From Eledone cirrhosa (lineage: Eukaryota), in NCBI GenBank assembly GCA_964016885.1, contig OZ024764.1, positions 18,848,001-18,912,000 on the forward strand: DNA of 64,000 bases, in the 5' to 3' direction. Shown in pieces: positions 54,301 to 64,000 of this stretch. Below the pieces are notes generated by a model. The model ran no database searches. It saw nothing but the letters and a program-made list of their open reading frames with translations, and was not told the origin of the DNA. The translations under genes and the position numbers were made by a program. The first letter of the stretch is position 1. Every line of letters begins with the position of its first letter.

Positions 54301-57300
54301 GTCCACACTGTAAAGTGGTCATGTAGGTGTCACAACAAAAAGTACCCAGTCCACACTGTAAAGTGGTCATGTAGGTGTCACAACAAAAAGTACCCAGTCC
54401 ACCCTGTAAAGTGGTCATATATGTGTCACAACAAAAAGTACCCAGTCCACCCTGTAAAGAGGTCATGTATGTGTCACAACAAAAACTACCCAGTCCACAC
54501 TGTAAAGTGGTCATGTATGTGTGACAACAAAAAGTACCCAGTCCACACTGTAAAGTGGTCATGTAGGTGTCACAACAAAAGGTACCCAGTCCACACTGTA
54601 AAGTGGTCATGTAGGTGTCACAACAAAAAGTAGCCAGTCCACACTGTAAAGTTGTCATGTAGGTGTCATAACAAAAAGTACCCAGTCCACACTGTAAAGT
54701 GGTCAGGTAGGTGTCACAACAAAAAGTACCCAGTCCACACTGTAAAGTGGTCATGTAGGTGTCACAACAAAAATTACCCAGCCCGCACTGTAATGTGGTC
54801 ATGTAGGTGTCACAACAAAAAGTACCCAGTCCACACTGTAAAGTGGTCAGGTAGGTGTCACAACAAAAAGTACCCAGTCCACACTGTAAAGTGGTCATGT
54901 AGCTGTCACAACAAAAAGTACCCAGTCCACACTGTAATGTGGTCATGCGGGTTTCACAACAAAAAGTACCCAGTCCACACTGTAAAGTGGTCATGTAGGT
55001 GTCACAACAAAAAGTACCCAGTCCACCCTGTAAAGTGGTCATGTAGGTGTCACGACAAAAAGCACCCAGTCCACACTGTAAAGTGGTCATGTAGGTGTCA
55101 CAACAAAAAGTACCCAATCCACACTGTAAAGTGGTCATGTAGGTGTCACAACAAAAAGTACCCAGTCCACACTGTAAAGTGGTCATGTAGGTGTCACAAC
55201 AAAAAGTACCCAGTCGAAACTGTAAAGTGGTCATGTAGGTGTCACAACAAAAAGTACCCAGTCCACACTGTCAAGTGGTCATGTAGGTGTCACAACAAAA
55301 AGTACCCAATCCACACTGTAAAGTGGTCATGTAGGTGTCACAACAAAAAGTACCCAGTCCACCCTGTAAAGTGGTCATATATGTGTCACAACAAAAAGTA
55401 CCCAGTCCACCCTGTAAAGTGGTCATGTATGTGTCACAACAAAAAGTACCCAGTCCACACTGTAAAGTGGTCATGTATGTGTCACAACAAAAAGTACCCA
55501 GTCCACACTGTAAAGTGGTCATGTAGGTGTCACAACAAAAAGTACCCAGTCCACACTGTAAAGTGGTCATGTAGGTGTCACAACAAAAAGTACCCAGTCC
55601 ACACTATAAAGTGGTCATGTAGGTGTCACAACAAAAAGTACCCAGTCCACACTGTAAAGTGGTCATGTAGGTGTCACAACAAAATATACCCAGTCCACAC
55701 TGGGTGTCACAACAAAAAGTACCCAGTCCACACTGTCAAGTGGTCATGTAGGTGTCACAACAAAAAGTACCTAGTCCACACTGTAAAGTGGTCATGTAGC
55801 TGTCACAACAAAAAGTACCCGGTCCACACTGTCAAGTGGTCATGTAGGTGTCACAACAAAAAGTACCTAGTCCACACTGTAAAGTGGTCATGTAGCTGTC
55901 ACAACAAAAAGTACCCAGTCCACACTGTAATGTGGTCATGCAGGTTTCACAACAAAAAGTACCCAGTCCACACTGTAAAGTGGTCATGTAGGTGTCACAA
56001 CAAAAAGTACCCAGTCCACCCTCTAAAGTGGTCATATAGGTGTCACAACAAAAAGTACCCGGTCCACCCTGAAAATGGGTATTGTTTGTGTCACAACAAA
56101 AAGTACCCAGTCCACACTGTAAAGTGGTCATGTATGTGTCACAACAAAAAGTACCCAATCCACACTTTAAAGTGGTGATGTAGTGTCACAACAAAAAGTA
56201 CCCAGTCCACACTGTAATGTGGTCATGTAGGTGTCACAACAAAAAGTACCCAGTCCACCCTGTAAAGTGGTCATGTAGGTGTCACGACAAAAAGTACCCA
56301 GTCCACACTGTAAAGTGGTCATGTAGGTGTCATAACAAAAAGTACCCAATCCACACTGTAAAGAGGTCATGTTGGTGTCACAACAAAAAGTACCCAGTCC
56401 ACACTGTAAAGTGGTCATGTAGGTGTCACAACAAAAAGTACCCAGTCCACACTGTAAAGTGGTCATGTAGGTGTCACAACAAAAAGTACCCAGTCCACAC
56501 TGTAAAGTGGTCATGTAGGTGTCACAACAAAAAGTACCCAGTCCACACTGTAAAGTGGTCATGTAGGTGTCACAACAAAATATACCCAGTCCACACTGTA
56601 AAGTGGTCATGTAGGTGTCACAACAAAAAGTACCCAGTCCACACTGTAAAGTGGTCATGTAGGTGTCACAACAAAAAGTACCCAATCCACACTGTAAAGT
56701 GGTCATGTAGGTGTCACAACAAAAAGTACCCAGTCCACCCTGTAAAGTGGTCATATATGTGTCACAACAAAAAGTACCCAGTCCACCCTGTAAAGTGGTC
56801 AGGTATGTGTCACAACAAAAAGTACCCAGTCCACACTGTAAAGTTGTCATGTATGTGTCACAACAAAAAGTACCCAGTCCACACTGTAAAGTGGTCATGT
56901 AGGTGTCACAACAAAAAGTACCCAGTCCACACTGTAAAGTGGTCATGTAGGTGTCACAACAAAAAGTACCCAGTCCACACTGTAAAGTGGTCATGTAGGT
57001 GTCACAACAAAAAGTACCCAGTCCACCCTGTAAAGTGGTCATGTAGGTGTCACGACAAAAAGTACCCAGTCCACACTGTAAAGTGGTCATGTAGGTGTCA
57101 CAACAAAAAGTACCCAATCCACACTGTAAAGAGGTCATGTTGGTGTCACAACAAAAAGTACCCAGTCCACACTGTAAAGTGGTCATGTAGGTGTCACAAC
57201 AAAAAGTACCCAGTCCACCCTGTAAAGTGGTCATATAGGTGTCACAACAAAAAGTACCCAGTCCACCCTGTAAAGTGGTCATGTATGTGTCACAACAAAA

Positions 57301-60300
57301 AGTACCCAGTCCACACTGTAAAGTGGTCATGTAGGTGTCACAACAAAAAGTACCCAGTCCACACTGTAATGTGGTCATGCAGGTTTCACACCAAAAAGTA
57401 CCAAGTCCACACTGTAATGTGGTCATATAGGTGTCACAACAAAAAGTACCCAGTCCACACTGTAAAGTGGTCATGTAGGTGTCACAACAAAAAGTACCCA
57501 GTCCACACTGTCAAGTGGTCATGTAGGTGTCACAACAAAAAGTACCTAGTCCACACTGTAAAGTGGTCATGTAGCTGTCACAACAAAAAGTACCCAGTCC
57601 ACACTGTAATGTGGTCATGCAGGTTTCACAACAAAAAGTACCCAGTCCACACTGTAATGTGGTCGTGTAGCTGTCACAACAAAAAGTACCCAGTCCACAC
57701 TGTAATGTGGTCATGCAGGTTTCACAACAAAAAGTACCCAGTCCACACTGTAAAGTGGTCATGTAGGTGTCACAACAAAAAGTACCCAGTCCACACTGTA
57801 AAGTGGACATGTAGGTGTCATGACAAAAAGTACCCAGTCCACACTGTAAAGTGGTCATGTAGGTGTCACAACAAAAAGTACACAGTCCACACTGTAAAGT
57901 GGTCATGTAGGTGTCACAACAAAAAGTACCCAGTCCACCCTGTAAAGTGGTCATATAGGTGTCACAACAAAAAGTACCCGGTCCACCCTGAAAATGGGTA
58001 TTGTTTGTGTCACAACAAAAAGTACCCAGTCCACACTGTAAAGTGGTCATGTATGTGTCACAACAAAAAGTACCCAATCCACACTTTAAAGTGGTCATGT
58101 AGTGTCACAACAAAAAGTACCCAGTCCACACTGTAATGTGGTCATGTAGGTGTCACAACAAAAAGTACCCAGTCCACCCTGTAAAGTGGTCATGTAGGTG
58201 TCACGACAAAAAGTACCCAGTCCACACTGTAAAGTGGTCATGTAGGTGTCATAACAAAAAGTACCCAATCCACACTGTAAAGAGGTCATGTTGGTGTCAC
58301 AACAAAAAGTACCCAGTCCACACTGTAAAGTGGTCATGTAGGTGTCACAACAAAAAGTACCCAGTCCACACTGTAAAGTGGTCATGTAGGTGTCACAACA
58401 AAAAGTACCCAGTCCACACTGTAAAGTGGTCATGTAGGTGTCACAACAAAAAGTACCCAGTCCACACTGTAAAGTGGTCATGTAGGTGTCACAACAAAAT
58501 ATACCCAGTCCACACTGTAAAGTGGTCATGTAGGTGTCACAACAAAAAGTACCCAGTCCACACTGTAAAGCGGTCATGTAGGTGTCACAACAAAAAGTAC
58601 CCAATCCACACTGTAAAGTGGTCATGTAGGTGTCACAACAAAAAGTACCCAGTCCACCCTGTAAAGTGGTCATATATGTGTCACAACAAAAAGTACCCAG
58701 TCCACCCTGTAAAGTGGTCATGTATGTGTCACAACAAAAAGTACCCAGTCCACACTGTAAAGTGGTCATGTATGTGTCACAACAAAAAGTACCCAGTCCA
58801 CACTGTAAAGTGGTCATGTAGGTGTCACAACAAAAAGTACCCAGTCCACACTGTAAAGTGGTCATGTAGGTGTCACAACAAAAAGTACCCAGTCCACACT
58901 GTAAAGTGGTCATGTAGGTGTCACAACAAAAAGTACCCAGTCCACCCTGTAAAGTGGTCATGTAGGTGTCACGACAAAAAGTACCCAGTCCACACTGTAA
59001 TGTGGTCATGCAGGTTTCACAACAAAAAGTACCCAGTCCACACTGTAAAGTGGTCATGTAGGTGTCACAACAAAAAGTACCCAGTCCACCCTGTAAAGTG
59101 GTCATGTATGTGTCACAACAAAAAGTACCCAGTCCACACTGTAAAGTGGTCATGTATGTGTCACAACAAAAAGTACCCAGTCCACACTGTAAAGTGGTCA
59201 TGTAGGTGTCACAACAAAAAGTACCCAGTCCACACTGTAAAGTGGTCATGTAGGTGTCACAACAAAAAGTACCCAGTCCACCCTGTAAAGTGGTCAGGTA
59301 GGTGTCACGACAAAAAGTACCCAGTCCACACTGTAAAGTGGTCATGTAGGTGTCACAACAAAAAGTACCCAATCCACACTGTAAAGAGGTCATGTTGGTG
59401 TCACAACAAAAAGTACCCAGTCCACACTGTAAAGTGGTCATGTAGGTGTCACAATAAAAAGTACCCAGTCCACACTGTAAAGTGGTCATGTAGGTGTCAC
59501 AACAAAAAGTACCCAGTCCACACTGTAAAGTGGTCATGTAGGTGTCACAACAAAAAGTACCCAGTCCACACTGTCAAGTGGTCATGTAGGTGTCACAACA
59601 AAAAGTACCCAATCCACACTGTAAAGTGGTCATGTAGGTGTCACAACAAAAAGTACCCAGTCCACACTGTAAAGTGGACATGTAGGTGTCATGACAAAAA
59701 GTACCCAGTCCACACTGTAAAGTGGTCATGTAGGTGTCACAACAAAAAGTACACAGTCCACACTGTAAAGTGGTCATGTAGGTGGCACAACAAGAAGTAC
59801 CTAGTCCACACTGTAAAGTGGTCATGTAGGTGTCACAACAAAAAGTACCCAGTCCACACTGTAAAGTGGCCATGTAGGTGTCACAACAAAATATACACAG
59901 TCCACACTGTAAAGTGGTCATGTAGGTGTCACAACAAAAAGTACCCAGTCCACACTGTAAAGTGGTCATGTAGGTGTCACAACAAAAAGTACCCAGTCCA
60001 CACTGTAAAGTGGTCATGTAGGTGTCACAACAAAAAGTACCCAGTCCACCCTGTAAAGTGGTCATATAGGTGTCACAACAAAAAGTACCCGGTCCACCCT
60101 GAAAATGGGTATTGTTTGTGTCACAACAAAAAGTACCCAGTCCACACTGTAAAGTGGTCATGTATGTGTCACAACAAAAAGTACCCAATCCACACTTTAA
60201 AGTGGTCATGTAGTGTCACAACAAAAAGTACCCAGTCCACACTGTAATGTGGTCATGTAGGTGTCACAACAAAAAGTACCCAGTCCACCCTGTAAAGTGG

Positions 60301-61019
60301 TCATGTAGGTGTCACGACAAAAAGTACCCAGTCCACACTGTAAAGAGGTCATGTAGGTGTCATAACAAAAAGTACCCAATCCACACTGTAAAGAGGTCAT
60401 GTTGGTGACACAACAAAAAGTACCCAGTCCACACTGTAAAGTGGTCATGTAGGTGTCACAACAAAAAGTACCCAGTCCACACTGTAAAGTGGTCATGTAG
60501 GTGTCACAACAAAAAGTACCTAGTCCACACTGTAAAGTGGTCATGTAGGTGTCACAACAAAAAGTACCCAGTCCACACTGTAAAGTGGTCATGTAGGTGT
60601 CACAACAAAATATACCCAGTCCACACTGTAAAGTGGTCATGTAGGTGTCACAACAAAAAGTACCCAGTCCACACTGTAAAGTGGTCATGTAGGTGTCACA
60701 ACAAAAAGTACCCAATCCACACTGTAAAGTGGTCATGTAGGTGTCACAACAAAAAGTACCCAGTCCACCCTGTAAAGTGGTCATATATGTGTCACAACAA
60801 AAAGTACCCAGTCCACCCTGTAAAGTGGTCATGTATGTGTCACAACAAAAAGTACCCAGTCCACACTGTAAAGTGGTCATGTATGTGTCACAACAAAAAG
60901 TACCCAGTCCACACTGTAAAGTGGTCATGTAGGTGTCACAACAAAAAGTACTCAGTCCACACTGTAAAGTGGTCATGTAGGTGTCACAACAAAAAGTACC
61001 CAGTCCACACTGTAAAGTG

Positions 61020-64000
61020 GTCATGTAGGTGTCACAACAAAAAGTACACAGTCCACACTGTCAAGTGGTCATGTAGGTGTCACAACAAAAAGTACCTAGT
61101 ACACACTGTAAAGTGGTCATGTAGCTGTCACAACAAAAAGTACCCAGTCCACACTGTAATGTGGTCATGCAGGTTTCACAACAAAAAGTACCCAGTCCAC
61201 ACTGTAAAGTGGTCATGTAGGTGTCACAACAAAAAGTACCCAGTCCACCCTGTAAAGTGGTCATGTAGGTGTCACGACAAAAAGTACCCAGTCCACACTG
61301 TAAAGTGGTCATGTAGGTGTCACAACAAAAAGTACCCAATCCACACTGTAAAGAGGTCATGTTGGTGTCACAACAAAAAGTACCCAGTCCACACTGTAAA
61401 GTGGTCATGTAGGTGTCACAACAAAAAGTACCCAGTCCACACTGTAAAGTGGTCATGTAGGTGTCACAACAAAAAGTACCCAGTCCACACTGTAAAGTGG
61501 ACATGTAGGTGTCATGACAAAAAGTACCCAGTCCACACTGTAAAGTGGTCATGTAGGTGTCACAACAAAAAGTACACAGTCCACACTGTAAAGTGGTCAT
61601 GTAGGTGTCACAACAAAAAGCACACAGTCCACACTGTAAAGTGGTCATGTAGGTGTCACAACAAAAAGTACCCAGTCCACACTGTAAAGTGGTCATGTAG
61701 GTGTCACAACAAAAAGTACCCAGTCCACCCTGTAAAGTGGTCATATAGGTGTCACAACAAAAAGTACCCGGTCCACCCTGAAAATGGGTATTGTTTGTGT
61801 CACAACAAAAAGTACCCAGTCCACACTGTAAAGTGGTCATGTATGTGTCAAAACAAAAAGTACCCAATCCACACTTTAAAGTGGTCATGTAGTGTCACAA
61901 CAAAAAGTACCCAGTCCACACTGTAATGTGGTCATGTAGGTGTCACAACAAAAAGTACCCAGTCCACCCTGTAAAGTGGTCATGTAGGTGTCACGACAAA
62001 AAGTACCCAGTCCACACTGTAAAGTGGTCATGTAGGTGTCATAACAAAAAGTACCCAATCCACACTGTAAAGAGGTCATGTTGGTGTCACAACAAAAAGT
62101 ACCCAGTCCACACTGTAAAGTGGTCATGTAGGTGTCACAACAAAAAGTACCCAGTCCACACTGTAAAGTGGTCATGTAGGTGTCACAACAAAAAGTACCC
62201 AGTCCACACTGTAAAGTGGTCATGTAGGTGTCACAACAAAAAGTACCCAGTCCACACTGTAAAGTGGTCATGTAGGTGTCACAACAAAATATACCCAGTC
62301 CACACTGTAAAGTGGTCATGTAGGTGTCACAACAAAAAGTACCCAGTCCACACTGTAAAGTGGTCATGTAGGTGTCACAACAAAAAGTACCCAATCCACA
62401 TTGTAAAGTGGTCATGTAGGTGTCAAAACAAAAAGTACCCAGTCCACCCTGTAAAGTGGTCATATATGTGTCACAACAAAAAGTACCCAGTCCACCCTGT
62501 AAAGTGGTCATGTATGTGTCACAACAAAAAGTACCCAGTCCACACTGTAAAGTGGTCATGTATGTGTCACAACAAAAAGTACCCAGTCCACACTGTAAAG
62601 TGGTCATGTAGGTGTCACAACAAAAAGTACCCAGTCCACACTGTAAAGTGGTCATGTAGGTGTCACAACAAAAAGTACCCAGTCCACACTGTAAAGTGGT
62701 CATGTAGGTGTCACAACAAAAAGTACCCAGTCCACCCTGTAAAGTGGTCATGTAGGTGTCACGACAAAAAGTACCCAGTCCACACTGTAATGTGGTCATG
62801 CAGGTTTCACAACAAAAAGTACCCAGTCCACACTGTAAAGTGGTCATGTAGGTGTCACAACAAAAAGTACCCAGTCCACCCTGTAAAGTGTTCATGTATG
62901 TGTCACAACAAAAAGTACCCAGTCCACACTGTAAAGTGGTCATGTATGTGTCACAACAAAAAGTACCCAGTCCACACTGTAAAGTGGTCATGTAGGTGTC
63001 ACAACAAAAAGTACCCAGTCCACACTGTAAAGTGGTCATGTAGGTGTCACAACAAAAAGTACCCAGTCCACACTGTAAAGTGGTCATGTAGGTGTCACAA
63101 CAAAAAGTACCCAGTCCACACTGTCAAGTGGTCATGTAGGTGTCACAACAAAAAGTACACAGTCCACACTGTCAAGTGGTCATGTAGGTGTCACAACAAA
63201 AAGTACCTAGTACACACTGTAAAGTGGTCATGTAGCTGTCACAACAAAAAGTACCCAGTCCACACTGTAATGTGGTCATGCAGGTTTCACAACAAAAAGT
63301 ACCCAGTCCACACTGTAAAGTGGTCATGTAGGTGTCACAACAAAAAGTACCCAGTCCACCCTGTAAAGTGGTCATGTAGGTGTCACGACAAAAAGTACCC
63401 AGTCCACACTGTAAAGTGGTCATGTAGGTGTCACAACAAAAAGTACCCAATCCACACTGTAAAGAGGTCATGTTGGTGTCACAACAAAAAGTACCCAGTC
63501 CACACTGTAAAGTGGTCATGTAGGTGTCACAACAAAAAGTACCCAGTCCACACTGTAAAGTGGTCATGTAGGTGTCACAACAAAAAGTACCCAGTCCACA
63601 CTGTAAAGTGGACATGTAGGTGTCATGACAAAAAGTACCCAGTCCACACTGTAAAGTGGTCATGTAGGTGTCACAACAAAAAGTACACAGTCCACACTGT
63701 AAAGTGGTCATGTAGGTGTCACAACAAAAAGCACACAGTCCACACTGTAAAGTGGTCATGTAGGTGTCACAACAAAAAGTACCCAGTCCACACTGTAAAG
63801 TGGTCATGTAGGTGTCACAACAAAAAGTACCCAGTCCACCCTGTAAAGTGGTCATATAGGTGTCACAACAAAAAGTACCCGGTCCACCCTGAAAATGGGT
63901 ATTGTTTGTGTCACAACAAAAAGTACCCAGTCCACACTGTAAAGTGGTCATGTATGTGTCAAAACAAAAAGTACCCAATCCACACTTTAAAGTGGTCATG
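61020..64000 (+). repeat. About 870-bp block repeated at 2,111-bp offset (about 61020-61890 vs 63130-64000)
   Basis: Rare variants pair up: CCTAGTACACAC 61101/63212, AAGCACACAG 61621/63732 and ATGTGTCAAAAC about 61851/63962. Confidence 0.88.

Larger units (their letters stand above)
1..64000 (+). repeat. Tandem satellite array, 48-bp monomer, about 1,330 copies, single orientation, running off both window ends
   Basis: Every line reads as head-to-tail TACCCAGTCCACACTGTAAAGTGGTCATGTAGGTGTCACAACAAAAAG, mostly with 0-3 substitutions per monomer. The ORF track shows the same 16-aa period throughout. No unique interruption was seen. Confidence 0.99.

Noticed and set aside
1-64000. CRISPR array or other repeat-spacer system
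   Set aside because: There are no unique spacers, since the whole 48 bp repeats. No leader or cas genes are present.
1-64000. Assignment to the human 48-bp CER/D22Z3 satellite
   Set aside because: The unit length matches, but I cannot support sequence identity from recall. A Dfam or Repbase alignment is needed, so no family name is assigned.
1-64000. Telomeric repeats, CENP-B box or G-quadruplex motifs
   Set aside because: There are no TTAGGG-type arrays and no NTTCGNNNNANNCGGGN motif (the consensus has no CpG). G-runs of three are too sparse, at most two per monomer on one strand.
1-64000. Variant order as a deliberate code or diversity-generating cassette system
   Set aside because: The pattern is adequately explained by nested duplication and deletion of monomer blocks. 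No recombinase, reverse transcriptase, expression site or inverted segment is present in the window.

Overview
The whole 64 kb window is one uninterrupted, head-to-tail, single-orientation satellite DNA array. It holds about 1,330 copies of a 48-bp monomer (consensus TACCCAGTCCACACTGTAAAGTGGTCATGTAGGTGTCACAACAAAAAG). I see no unique sequence, credible gene, RNA gene, transposon or CRISPR array. The long Cys/His-rich ORFs are by-products of a unit length divisible by 3. The information lies in the variant pattern. First, a landmark cassette recurs about 36 times: a 9-substitution divergent monomer that forms an imperfect hairpin, followed two monomers later by a 47-bp monomer. It splits the array into variable higher-order units of 15-89 monomers, the commonest being a 1,535-bp 32-mer. 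Second, private SNPs reveal nested duplications at offsets of 96 bp, 911, 1,391, 1,439, 1,534, 3,741, 6,141 and about 7,600-7,900 bp. Third, the consensus has no CpG, but one site shows all four CpG-decay states. Fourth, a locally degenerate patch lies at about 53.9-56.2 kb. The array looks like eukaryotic (peri)centromeric or heterochromatic satellite, but neither the organism nor the family can be determined from the sequence alone. I found no evidence for a novel protein-coding system.
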